Shown here piece by piece: positions 1-11,847 of a DNA stretch of 64,000 bases (the first letter of the stretch is position 1; each line of letters starts with the position of its first letter). The notes beneath the pieces were generated by a model that worked only from the letters and a program-made list of their open reading frames with translations, did not search any database and had not been told where the DNA came from. A program made the translations under genes and the position numbers. Location of the stretch: assembly GCF_044704955.1 (NCBI RefSeq), contig NC_092001.1, positions 19,778,001 to 19,842,000 on the forward strand. The letters run 5' to 3'. Source of the stretch: Pristiophorus japonicus (taxonomy: Eukaryota).

Positions 1-800
1 GGAGAGACAACCAGTTGGCTGGAAAATGCCGCCACTTGAAGAATGAAGAGCAGCTTACGGGGGAACAGCAGAAAAGGGAGCTGATCTTCAGTCGGGCATT
101 CTCCACATACTGCTGGCGACTAACCAAGTAGCCGAGGAGGATGGGAACGGAGGCGAAAACGACCAGGACAGATATGATAAATTGATCATTACTCATGAAT
201 GCCACAGTGCTGGAATACTCAAATCTGATGGGCATTCCATCTCAACAGCCAGCCCACCAATCAGAAACTGGCAAGATCCAAATCCAGGTCATGATGTTTC
301 AGTTTACTGTTAGGATCTGGCGCTGCACCCGTGAATAACACTTACTTTGATCAATGTGTCCTGGGAGCCGGAGAGTCTGTTCCCTTGCAGAATCCGCTCT
401 TCTCACCCTGAGTACCAGTTGGTCAGTGTCCAACAGTGCGTGGAGCATGTTGGAATGAAAAATAAAGATTTCCTAAATAAAAAGTAGGCTTGTCTTTAAT
501 CTTCAAATGACTCCTCTGTGAATTCAGACCGGCAATATTTAACACCAGGGTATATGAGAACACGGTTTGTGATGCAAAATAAAGGGTTATCCAGAAGCCA
601 CTTCTGCTGCGATGTTCTGTCGCATCCTGGAGATCAGACAACCCTGAGCAACAGATTCTAGAAAGGAAAGAACGAAAGACTGTTCAGCCTACGCCCTGAC
701 TGCCTGAGGTCCTCGAGCAGAGAGGTGATTGTCTGCTGATACGAAAAGTCGATCAATCTGGAAACCCACAAAGAGCTGCAGATATTATGGACTACGTCAG
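1..800 (+). mobile_element. Highly degraded Ty3/Gypsy LTR-retrotransposon integrase relic
   Basis: Motif-like pieces occur in order across frames: EKGADL..GILHILL (cf. KVGADLF..G..YLL), WAFH.TASP.HQS..GK (cf. WGF.H.TSSP..PQSNGK), DLAL, LGSRRV.SL....LL, NERLFSLRPDCLR (cf. G..YRRNR..LR), SRSIWKP. Many stops and frameshifts. Confidence 0.35.
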
Positions 801-904
801 TGTGGACCATCCACGGGTCAGGGTGAACCACAGAGCAGCTGAGTGTGCCGACTGTAGTATTGTCCACCCCGGGCTAAAGTGACAGGAAGATTGTCATCCC
901 GTCG

Positions 905-1400
905 TTCAAGCACTAAATCCCCACAACCCTCTGCGTAAAGAAGCCCCGCGCCGTCAAATCCCTTCTAAAACTTTCACTAATCACCTTAAAACTATGCACC
1001 TCATAATAGAACACTCCACCAATGGAAATAGACACTTACTCTCCACTATGTCCGGGCCCCTCAATATTTTGTTGACCTCGATGACCTCTCCGCTTACCTC
1101 CTCTGTTCCAATGAGAACAAACCCAACCTATCCAATCTGCCCTCATAACTAAATTTCGCCAATCCAGGCAGCATTCCAGTTAATCTCCTTTCCATCCTCT
1201 CGAGTGCAGTCACGTCCTTCCTTTCATAGGGCGATCAGAACTGCACACAGTACTCCAGCTGTGGCCCAAACACAGTATCAAAAATGTAATTAGAACCTCA
1301 CTGCTCTTATATTCTATGCCATCGGCCAATAATTCAAGCATTACGAATGCCTTCTTAACTACCTTATCCACCTGGCCTGCTACCTTCAGGGATCTGCGGA
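905..1400 (-). mobile_element. CR1 LINE, 3' part of ORF2 (split from 8203-9020 by the Tx1 insertion)
   Basis: ORF 1210-1404 RSLKVAGQVDKVVKKAFVML...GIEYKSSEV is typical CR1 post-RT sequence. It directly continues QRDLGELVHRS at ~8205. Confidence 0.85.
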
Positions 1401-2330
1401 TCAATGGTGGAGATTTGGAGGCGTGGCCTATTCAGTTGGAGCTCTGTTGCTGTGAGGGAAGGAGCTACCCGCTTTGCTCCTGCCTGGCAGGCGTAGAGTG
1501 AACCCTGAGACCAGCCCAGGAAGTGGAGGAAGCAGCTGGATTTCTACAATTCAACGTCCAGAGGCAGAGGAGGAGAGCAGAAAATGTTTCAACTTATAAC
1601 TACCACAGAGAGTTGGAGAGAGGGGGAAAAGAACAACAACCTGAGAAAACACCATCCAGTGTGGAAGGAGGGAGAGCCACTTCTACACTCTTCACAGGTG
1701 GGTGTGTTTTGGATCATTTCCCGAAAGACTTTGTTGTATCGGTGGGGGAAGGAAAGAAGATAACTCGAGGGCCGGAACATCGCGGGGGGTGTGTGTCTGT
1801 GGAACTGTGTGTGGGGGTCGTGCTTGCAGCTAGGCCCCACACACCACTGAAGCACCCCTCCCCCATCGCCTAGCCTGGGATAGCTGGAGCTACCTGGCTG
1901 AAGAATCATTAATTACCCTATTTAACATCGTTGGGAGTGTGTGCCTGGTGGCTCCAGCTATCCCAGGTGAAGACACCTTCTCGCCCCACCCGAAGAGCAT
2001 CTACAAAGACTGCGTTTTTTTTTGCCATTTGGGGAGTGCACCCCAAGAAACACCCACCCTTCGCTGTGAGGGGAGACCTGCCCTCGCAGCTTCCCTCTTT
2101 TCCACCACGTCTCGCTTTTTCTCTCTCTCTCTGTCTCTCGCCTCTCTCTCTGAGAGCCCTTTCCTCCTAATTTGGAAATAAGACAATTAAGACAACTGAG
2201 CAAAGGGAGCAAGGACCCTCCCCAATTTTCAACTAGGGGAGAGGTGTGCCACTTTTCGAGCTCTCTCTGATCAAACACCATTAAGGCCTGTGACTTTGGG
2301 ATGGGTGTGGCCCTGAAAAGGGACCCCGTG

Positions 2331-4378
2331 ATGGCGATCAAATCCACGCCGCTGGCAGGGCCAGCAAAGACATATGTGCAGTTGGCGTCCACATCCATGG
2401 TGCCTCCTGCGACTCCTGCTGCCCTGCCACCGTTCAGACGAATAAAAAATAAACACGGGGTCAAGAGCTACACTCACCCCACAATGAGAATTGAGGAGTG
2501 CGTGCGGGCGATAGCTGGGGTAGTCGGCCCCTCGGCCATTGTCGCAGCCTCCAAGATGTGTGGGAAGGCTGTATTCTTCCTGGCGTCGGAGCGGGCGGTG
2601 TCCCTGGCCATTGAAAAGGGGCTCACGGTGGGCGAGATGTTCCTGCCGTTGGACCCACTCGAGGCCAACGCGCACGGGGTCATCCTTTCAAACATCCCGC
2701 CCTTTCTTCCCGCTGAGCTCCTCCTCCCTCACCTGCACCAACTGGGGGAGGTAAGGTCAGGGATCAACCCCATACCGCTCGGGCTCAGGGAGATCAGCCT
2801 GCGCCATGTGTTCTCCTTCCGCCGCCAGCTCTTTGTCCGGCTGGCGTGGGAGGAGACGACAGAGGGCAATTTTAATGTGGTGCACGAGTGGACTGCCTAC
2901 CGCGTCTTCTGGACGTCGGACGGCGTTCGGTGCCAATCCTGTAGGGAGGTGGGGCACGTTTGCAAGAATTGCCCCGCCTCCAAGGCCACCAAACCACCGA
3001 AGGCGGCCAAGGCTGGCGCTGCCGCCACCCCTCCCCCTATTAGCGTCCGCTTGCCAGGAGCTGTGCGTGCGCGGGCATCGTCGGGGGCCTTTGTTTTCAC
3101 GGCCGCCGGCGGGGGGGAGGGAGTGTGTCCGATCGGATGGAAGGCGCGGAAGAAGACGAAACATCTAGAGGCGGGTACCCTCGGTACGCCAGACAATTTG
3201 TTTATCGCGCTCAGCCCAACCCCGTCACCGGCGAGCGCGGGGTGCCCTGATCCTGTGCCCGAGCCCTTGACCAATACCGCAGAGGGATTCGGGCCTGGCA
3301 AGATAAGAAAAAGGGGGGAGTGGAGTGGGAGGCCTCGGCAGACACGGAGGTCTCCCTGCCTCCGCGTTCCCCCAGGAACAAAAGTAGGCACCGCCCCAAT
3401 GAGGCGGAGGGGGAACAACATCTCTCCGTGGAGGAGTCGGTGCCCACCGCGTGTCCTGCGTCCCCCAGCATCGCCGCCAAACTGCGTCGTAGGCGGGAGG
3501 AATCTGTCCCGGGGTAGGGTGAGACAGTCGAGGCTGCCCAGCCGATGCCTCCCGGGGATGGCGTGAAAGATCTGCCTGTCGTCGGGGGCGTGGGGCCAAC
3601 GGAGGAATGCATTGCTGCCACGCCCAGCGTCCCGGCGACTGAGGCGGTTGGGGCCGAAAAGTCCGAAACTGAGCACGCCCAGCTATTAACCAACCTCCCC
3701 TAGGATTTGCTCCACCGGGCAGAAAATGAAATAATTTTAAAGATTCTATACATGCTGGGCCGGGGGGTGGCGGCGGGGAGGGGGAAGAACAACAACCCTC
3801 GCCCCCCACTTTGGAGCTGGGGTACTTGGTGGACCTGGAGAATTTATTTGGCTGTCGCTTCCTGACCCAGCACCGCATTTAAAAGAGCCCAGTTGGGACT
3901 GCTCTGCCGACGATCCTGGGGGTGGGATCGGGGCAGAGCCAGGGATGGATGGAGCGGCCGGGCCGTTTGCCGTACCTCGTGCGGTCGATGGGCCGGCTGC
4001 TGGCGGCGACCTCCCAGAGGAGGACGGGGATTCGGTGGAGGACGCGGGTGAAGATCTCGAGTCCATCGCCAGTGAGGCGGTGAATCTCCTCGTGCCCGCC
4101 GCTGAGTCCCCCCTCATTCCCGTAGAGGAACTCCGGGACTTTTTGGTCCAGATGCTGGGTCGCCACAACGGAACCCATCTGGCCCTGGAAAGATGGTCCG
4201 AGCTGGGGCTGCTCATCACATCCGTCCGCGTCGCCTCTTATACCATGGACGCGGGCGCGCCCTGATCAAAGGCGCAAGGCCTTGAGCTGCGCCGGCTCAA
4301 AAGTTTCCTCGCTGGGCTGCTGAAGAAGTGGAGGTCAACAAACGACTCCAACCCCGCCCCCCCACAATTGGGTAGGTA
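2331..4378 (+). pseudogene. Tx1 ORF1 (nucleic-acid-binding, zinc knuckle), frameshifted
   Basis: KHGVK...VGPSAIVAASKM...VILSNIPPF...HVFSFRRQ and CQSCREVGHVCKNC knuckle in ORF 2301-3566. Acidic C-terminal part (DLESIASE...IPVEELRDFL) continues in another frame at 3945-4265. Confidence 0.8.
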
Positions 4379-4400
4379 GATGTTGCACTATGCTCTAATC

Positions 4401-7400
4401 ATGAAGATAACCATAGCTAGCCTCAACATCAACGGCGGCAGAGAGGCACGCCGTAGATTTAACAATTTTTCGCTCCTGCGGGAGGGAAAATATGCGACGT
4501 GCTTCCAGCAAGAAACCCACACAGTTCCAAGAGACAAAGACACGTGGCTCCTGGAATGGCAAGGAGAGGTCAGCATGAGCCACCTCATGACCACTTCTTG
4601 TGGGGTGGCCATCTTGTTGGCCCCGCATTTTCAGCCGGAGATCTTGGGGGTCGAGGAGCCCGTCCCAGGCCGCTTGCTGCACGTAACGGTTCCCCTGGGG
4701 GACGTGCCGCTCCATATCGTGAACGTGTACGCCCCTCAGGACGGCCCGCAGCAAGCGCGATTCATCGAAGAAGTGTCCGCTCTTCTTGGCTCCGTCGACG
4801 TCGGCGACTGCATTGTCCTCGGGGGATATTTTAACTGCACCCTCGAGGTGAGGGACCGCTCCGCTGCCCCGCAGAGCATGACGGCGATGGAGAAGGTGAG
4901 GGACCTGGTCAGGTCCTTCGACTTGGTGGACGTCTGGCGAAATCTCCATTCCGACTCCAGCGCCTTTACATGGCTGAGGCCTGGAGTAGGATGGTCCAGA
5001 GTCGACCGCCTTTACGTTTCTCGTTCATACGTTTCCTGTGTCGCGGCGGCCTCCATGCGGCCGGTGCCATGTTCGGACCACCAACTGGTATGGGCGGAGC
5101 TCGCTTCGCTCCGCGCGAGGACGGGGTCCGCGTACTGGCATTTTTACAACCAGCTGCTGGAGGACGTGCGGTTCCAGGACTCGTTCCGTCGTTTCTGGGC
5201 CGACTGGAGAAGGAAGCAGGAAGGCTTCCCCTCCTTGAGGCTATGGTGGGACGTGGGCAAAGCTCAAGACCGCGTCTTCTGTCAAGAGTACGCGAGGGGG
5301 TCGACCAAGGGGCGGGCGGCCAGCGTCGGGCACCTAGTAAAAGAGGTGCTCGACCTGGAGGCCCGTCTCGGTAAAGTCATCGAGGACCCGGCCCTGCGGA
5401 CGGTGTACGAAGTGAAGAAGGCCGCGCTGAAGGACCTGCAGCTCGTCGGGTCCCGAGGAGCGTTCGTGAGGTCGCGGATCCGGTTCCTGCGTGATCTGGA
5501 CCGCGGCTCCCCCTGCTTCTACTCAATGGAAAAAACCGAGTGCCCGTCAGCAGCTTTTGATGCTGCTGGCCAACGACGGCTCTCTCATCTCGGATCCGGA
5601 GGGCGTCAACAACAGGGCCCGTGAATATTATGGGGCTCTGTTCTCTGCGGCGCCGTCCAGCAAGGAAGCACGTAGAGTTTTGTGTGAGGACTTGCCGAAG
5701 GTCGGCCCGGCGGGCGGCGAAAATCTGGAAGCTCCGCTAAGCCTGGTGGAGCTGACCGGCGCCCTCGACCGGCTCTCGAGGGGAAAAGCCCCGGGGCTGG
5801 ATGGGCTGACCGTGGAGTTCCACAGGGCGTTCTGCGACGTCCTGGGGGGCGACTACGCGCGGGTCCTGGGGGAAAGTCTGGCGACCAGGGAGATGCCCCT
5901 CTCTTGGCGCAGGGCAGTCATCGTCCTGTTGCTGAAGAAGGGTGATCTCCGCCTCCTTAAGAACTGGCGCCCGGTCTCCCTCCTCAGCACGGACTACAAA
6001 ATCTTCGCCAGGGCGATGTCTGCTCACCTTGGCACCTTGCTGGACCACATGATCCACCCCGACCAGTCCTACACGGTCCCGGGCCGGACAATCCACGATA
6101 ACATCCATCTGGTCCGGGACCTCATCCATCATTCCCAGGAGGCTGGTCTGTCGGCCGCCTTCCTATCTCTCGACCAATAGAAGGCGTTCGACTGGGTGGA
6201 TCACGACTATCTGTTCGGAACTCTGCGCGCTTTCGGGTTCGGGACGCATTTCATCGCCCGGATCCGACTTTTGTACGCTGCCGCGGAGTGTCTTGTAAAG
6301 GTTAATGGGTCCTTGATGGCGCATCTTCGCTTTGGGAGAGGGGTGCGCCAGAGATGCCCCATGTCCGCCGATTTATATGCCTTCTGCGTGGAGCCTTTCC
6401 TGCGCCTCCTGCAGGCGAGGTTGACGGGACTGGCTCTGCAAGGGCCGGGCGTGAAGGTCGTCCTCTCGGCTTAGGCCGATGACGTGCTCCTCGCGGTAGA
6501 GGATCCCGCTGACCTGTGGAGGATGTGTGAGTGCCAGGAGATTTACTCGGCCGCATCCTCCGCCAGGATCAACTGGGAGAAATGTTCCGGACTCCTGGTG
6601 GGTCAGTGGTGGGTGGACTCGCTGCGGGAGGAGCTCAGGGCTTTTGCCTGGAGCACGATCCATCTCCTCTACCTGGGAGTCTACCTTAGCCCCGACGAGG
6701 AAGCCTGGCCGGCGAACTTGCAAGAGCTGGAGGCCAAGTTCGCCGCTCGCCTAGGGCGCTGGACAGGCCCCCTCCTCGCTGGCGTGCTCTGGCGATGTTT
6801 TTCTTCCGCCAGCAGCACGGCCTCAACCATGACCCGCAGCTCCTGTTTGTGAGCTTGGGGGGCTTCAGGACCAACTTCCAGGAGCTGCCTGTATTTTACA
6901 AGGAACTCACCAGGGTCTGGAACAAAGTCTCCACCAAGCAGAGCTCTCCACCGACTGGAGTGGCGGTGTCCTGCAGGCGCCGTTGCTTGGGAATCCATAC
7001 CTCTACGACCGAGGTTTTAGGTAGCAGTCGGACAAGAGGGCTGTGGCTGGTGAGGTGACCAGGGTCAGGGACCTGCTCGATGGCGGAGGAGCGGGCTGGA
7101 TGGCGCCAGACACGCTGGCGCGGCGCCTAAATTCTGCCAACGTCCGCCGCGCGGCCGATGCCATCGAGTGGCTAAAAACAGCTCTGGTCTCTGACTCTGT
7201 TTGCTGCATCGAGGAGTCCTGTCCAGTCCGGACGGAATTCCTCATCGGCACCAAACCCCGGAACCTCCCTCGGGAGCCGGCGCCTCACAACTTGAGCCGC
7301 CTCGAGGAAATCCCTTCCGTGCCTTTCAGTTCCGCGCGGAAGGGTTTCCTGTCCGGGCTGCTCCTGCACACTCTCAAGTTTGCAATCCTCGCCTGCCAGC

Positions 7401-7978
7401 CGGACACGCCATGGCGTAGCATCTTGCCGTCCGGAGGAGGCGGGAGTCCCCGATGGAGGGCACTCTATGCGGGAGTCCTCCCAGTATTTATCGGGGACTT
7501 GGCCTGGAGGGTGTTGCATGGAGCAATAAATTTTTAAGCCGGTTCACGGGCTCCCAGGCCGCCTGCAATTTCTGTGGGCTGGAAGAGTCCATGTTCCTTG
7601 TTTTTATTGAGTGCACGAGGTTGCAGCAACCTGTTTTATTATTTAAAGGGGCTGATCCTGAAATTCTGGCTGCACTTCAGTCCCACACTCCTGATCTTTG
7701 GGCACCCTGTGCGGAGGGGAGCGGGTAGGTCCGAGGGCCTCCTCGTTGGACTGCTCCTGGGCACGGCCAAGGGTGCCATCAGGCGGTCCAGGCAGCGGGA
7801 GGTCGAAGGGGTCGTTCAGGCTGACTGCCTGCCTCTCTTCCGCGCGTACATCCGCAGCAGGGTGTCCTTGGAGATGGAGAACATGGTGTCCACCGGTATG
7901 CTCGCGGCCTTCCGCGAGAGGTGGGGACCAGAGGGACTGGAGTGCATCGTCACGCCAGGCAACCAAATTTTAGTTTGA
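4401..7978 (+). pseudogene. Tx1 ORF2 (APE endonuclease - reverse transcriptase - Zn ribbon), disrupted
   Basis: MKITIASLNING, QETH, NVYAP, GG(Y)FN, SRVD, SDH; KAPGLDGL, KNWRPVSLLSTDYKI, GVRQRCPMS. YADD reads *ADD (TAG at ~6472). C-terminal CNFCG.EES..VFIEC. Frameshifts and an apparent internal deletion after RWTG (~6770). Confidence 0.9.
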
Positions 7979-8202
7979 TGTTATGTTTTAAAGTTTAATT
8001 TGTTTTAATTGCCAGTGTTTTTAGTGTCCCCCTCCCCTTTTGTAGGGGGCACTTGGAGAAAAAAATATAGATATGATTTCAGTGCCCAAAAAGAAAACTT
8101 AAAAAAAAAAATACAAAAAAAAAAAGAAGTGCCTTGTAAATGTTTGCTCGTCCCCCAGATCGGGGGGCCACGATTTAATGTTTTCTTTTCCCCCAAAAGA
8201 CT

Positions 8203-9020
8203 TCTGTGGACAAGCTCTCCAAGGTCCCTTTGTTCATTTAAACTAGTAAATCGCCTACTGCATAATGTGTATACCCTTTCCTTATTAGCCCTCCCAAATG
8301 GCATCACCTTACACTTCTCTGAATTAAATTCCATTTGCCACTGCTCTGCCCACTGACCAGTAGACTGATATCCTCCTGCAGCCCATGACGTTCCTCTTCA
8401 TTATCAACCACACAGCAAATATTAATTTCGTCTGCAAACCTCTTAATCGTACTCCCTATATTAAAATTTAAATCTTTGATAAATACGCTAAAAAGTAAGG
8501 GACCGCATTCTGAGCCCTGCCGAACGTCCCTGGAAATATCCTTCCAGTCACAAAAACATCCATCAATCATTATGCTTTGCTTTCTACCTCCAAGCTAAAT
8601 TTGGATCGAACTTGACACTTTGCCCTGTATCCCATGGGATTGATCCTTCATGACCAGTCTACTATGTGGGACTTTATCAAAGGCTTTGCTAAATTACATA
8701 TACACTACATCATACGCACTACCCTCATCGACCCTATTGGTTAACTCCTAAAATGTTTTTTATCTATTTCGTCAGACACGATCTCCCCTTAACAAATCTG
8801 TGCTGAATGTCTCTAACTAATCCTTGCCTTTCCAAATGAAGATTTATCCTGTCGTTCAGGATGTTTTCGAATAATTTTCCCACCACTGAGGTTAGGCTGA
8901 CAGGTCTGTAAATACTCTGCCTATCCCTTTTTCCCTTCTTAAACAAGGGTACTACATTAGCAGTCCTCCAATCCGCTGGCACCATGACCAGATCCAAAGA
9001 GGACTGGAAAATGAGAGTAA
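8203..9020 (-). mobile_element. CR1 LINE RT fragment (5' part of the split CR1)
   Basis: VPADWRTANVVPLFKKG...YRPVSLTSVVGKL, QGS..GPLLF, FADE, MEFNSEKCKVM, QRDLG. Confidence 0.9.
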
Positions 9021-9059
9021 TCTGAAAAAATATACATTCAGCCACATAAATTGGGTTTC

Positions 9060-10030
9060 TTTATGGAGAGGAGACCAAAAGCTTCGTCAAAAAGTTAAGC
9101 TTTGAGGAGATTTGCAGGAGAGAGCAAGGTACAGCGGCAGAGAGGTTTATAGAGGGAATGTCATAGCTTAGCTTCTCGGCAGCTAAACGCACACCCACCA
9201 CTGGTGGGGCGATGACAATCGGGGGCGACGTCGCCAGTTTTGGAGGAATACAGAATTCGCAGAAAATGGTAGAACTCGACGAGGCTACAGTGGTAGGGAG
9301 TGGAGAGGCCACGGATGTATTCAGAAACAATGGTATGATTTTTCAAATTGAGGTTTTGCCAGAAACTGGAGACAATGTAGGTCGCCGAACACAGAGGTGA
9401 TGGGTGTAAAAGGGCTTGGTGCAAGACAAAATATAGGCAGCAGAGTTTTGAATAAAATGAAACTGAAGGAGGGTGGAAGTCGGGAGGCTGTCGTGTTCAA
9501 TATTGGAATAGCCAAGGCTCGAGGTAACGAAGGCATGGCTGAGGGTTTCAGCAGCAGATGATCTATGACGGGGCAGAGACAGGAAATATTATGAGGTAGA
9601 AGTAGTTGGTCATGTTGATGGAGAAGATATGGATTCGGAAGTGCAGCTTACGGCCAGTTATGTTGCCAGGCTTCCAAACTTTCATATTCAGGCTGCGACA
9701 ATGGTCAGGGAGAGGAATGGAAGCGGTGGTCAGGAAACGGAGTTTGTGGCAAGGTCCAAAAACAGTGTCTCCGCATTCCTATTATTTAATGCGAGGAAAA
9801 TTATGCTCATCCAGTACCAGTTAGCGGCCAGACAGCGTCACAAATCAGAGACAGCGGTTGGGTGCAGAGAGGTGGTGGTGAGATGGAGCTGGGTGTCTTC
9901 AACGTACGTGTCGGATCTGATGTAGGATGATGTCACCGAATGGCAGCATATAATTAAAGAGGAGGGTTAACAATCGGTAACAGTGAGGGAGACGAAAGAG
10001 ACGTCAATGCGGGAGATTATCTGGCTACCA
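9060..10030 (-). mobile_element. L2-type LINE fragment
   Basis: Minus strand gives YVEDTQLHL (cf. YADDTQLY), PITSVFGDLHCL (cf. ITPVL.DLHWL) and GLSTPY. Confidence 0.7.
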
Positions 10031-10363
10031 ATGCATAGGTAAGTGGCAATCGCCAGTCTTCGTGAATAATTGACTTTCTAATCGCGACCCGATGTTCGTT
10101 CGCCTTTATACATTGCCTTCCACAAATAGACATCTCATTGGCCAATTGCACACCACAGGAGCTCCAGATGCAGTCAATAATGGTGAGGATCAGTGCAAGC
10201 TGATTCAAAGCACCAGTAATGACTCCACAAAGTGGGGCAATGGGAACGTGCTGCACAGGCGGAACATTTAATAATGATTAAACATATGTGTCTGGATCAA
10301 GTTGTAAATCATTCTCACAAATATCACGCGCATACAAACAAAATTCCAGGAAGATTGTAAGTA

Positions 10364-10380
10364 TTTATTCTGCTTTTATT
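10364..10380 (-). terminator. Two tandem AATAAA polyadenylation signals for secretory IgNAR mRNA
   Basis: TTTATT at 10364-10369 and 10375-10380, ~350 nt downstream of the secretory-tail stop. Confidence 0.55.
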
Positions 10381-10730
10381 ACAAAAAGCGGAGGCACTGA
10401 CAGACATAAGCTCAATTTCATACTCATCCAATAACGTCACGGAACCCTTCCAGGGATCTTCAGAAATATTGCAGCTTTATATAAAACGGCCCTAAGGTTA
10501 ATTGTAGTTATCGAATTCCAACCGCAATTAGGCAACATTGACTGAAATAGTTTGACATATTAACGGAATGAAACATCAATTGTTTTCTGATCTGAAGGGT
10601 GACAGTGACGGAGGGTAAATGGGAGATTCGCTGACTCAGAAACACAAACACTGATGAACATCAAAGCAGCAACACTTCTATAAGAAATATGTACTCAACC
10701 ATTGGAGGGAAGTGGGCGGAGGGGGTGGGG

Positions 10731-11113
10731 TTAGATGCAGGATCTAAAAGTGTCGGTTAGAACAAGTGAAACGTTAACTAAAGTAGGTTTACCGTGAGAT
10801 TTATTGATGCTCCTGATTAAATGCATTTTAAGGGACTGCTGTCCCACTAAGCAGGAGTAAGTGGCACCGCTGTTCCACGCCGCCGCGGTCAGGCTCAGCC
10901 CGCTGCCAAGGGAGCTGGAACCGGCTTTATTCTCAGTGTCCAGTTGGCTCCATGAAGCTGAATCCAATAGGGTGTCGTTGACCATCCAACTGATATAAAC
11001 CTCAGCAGGGTATTAACCGCTCGCCAGGCTTACCAGCGTAGCCGTCTTCTCAGTGTCAATCTCGTCTGTGGATGGAGGCAGCAAGTAGACTTTAGGACGA
11101 TGCATTTCACCAA
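10731..11113 (-). pseudogene. IgNAR: IgNAR C5 exon plus secretory tail
   Basis: TTTCCAG acceptor; EMHRPKVYLLPPSTDEIDTEKTATLVSLASG*YPAEVYISW...WNSGATYSCLVG...SINKSH/GKPTLVNVSLVLTDTFRSCI*. First Cys is replaced by Ser and there is a TAA at 11013-11015. Internal G/GTAAAC donor for the TM form at 10791-10792. Confidence 0.95.
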
Positions 11114-11537
11114 CTGGAAAGAGAGCAATATTTGTTTAACCAAGTCTGTCTCTTGTCACGCCTTTCTTCCCGTCCCGCTCTTCCAGTGAAACTCCGCATT
11201 TGGGAACTTGGAGCTCTGTCCTATCCGTGACAATGTACACATTTCTCTGTCTGGTCAGGTGTGTCTTTGTGGGCTTTTTCATTTCTGGATGTATTGTGGT
11301 ATGATGTTAGTTTGCAAGGTTTGGAGACAGTCACTAATTTATAAAGTACTGTCAGTGTTGGGACGCAACATGTTCAAACCCCTTGTATTTTGCATGCTAG
11401 TCTTTACCTGTGTGATGAATAGCATGATCCAAGAATTTATTTCACTGACTAATGGAGCATTTATTGTAGACAGAGGATGAATCGAACCGATCATTGATCA
11501 TCGGATCAGTGTGCGGACGAATATTATCTGTGCTTAG

Positions 11538-11847
11538 ACTTTGCTTTCCTTGTGGAGATTTTCACTGGAGTCGGCAATTCGCGGTGCTCTACGATGCACA
11601 GATATTCAACCCCACTGTCCCACTCTGCTATGGAGACTTTCAGTTTGCTCACGACGGCGGATTTACTTCCGCTCCACTCAGGAGTTAGATTCTCTACTCC
11701 TTCCGTTCTGTGGCTGCCAACCACTTGCCAGGACACGCTAAATCACCGAACACGACTGCACAAGCAATGGTCGCTGTCTGCTCGGTCCAAAGCTCTTCAA
11801 AAGAGGGTTCAGCATCTTGACAGAAATGACTGCCTCACGAAAACCAT
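11538..11847 (-). pseudogene. IgNAR: IgNAR C4 exon
   Basis: ISVKMLNP/FEELWTEQTATIACAVVFGDL/VSWQV...TPEWSGSKSAVVSKLKVSIAEWDSGVEYLCIVEHRELPTPVKISTRKAK. Two frameshifts; the donor reads CTAAG instead of GTAAG. Confidence 0.92.

Larger units (their letters stand above)
1401..8202 (+). mobile_element. Near full-length Tx1-clade non-LTR retrotransposon (5'UTR, ORF1, ORF2, 3'UTR), inactive
   Basis: Gag-like ORF1 with CCHC knuckle, ORF2 with APE endonuclease, RT and C-terminal CxxC. Flanked by TCTGCGGA (1393-1400) and TCTGTGGA (8203-8210) inside a CR1. Confidence 0.9.

Noticed and set aside
1-250. Minus-strand hydrophobic peptide (DQFIISVLVVFASVPILLGYL...CC...SSFF) as IgNAR TM exon or class C GPCR TM1-2
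   Set aside because: Lacks the Ig TM motif (WTT.STF..LF..S..Y....T..K) and splice context. The plus strand fits ordered Gypsy integrase motifs better. No IgNAR TM exon was found in the window.
2474-7966. Many long antisense and alternate-frame ORFs
   Set aside because: Shadows of the GC-rich Tx1 ORFs
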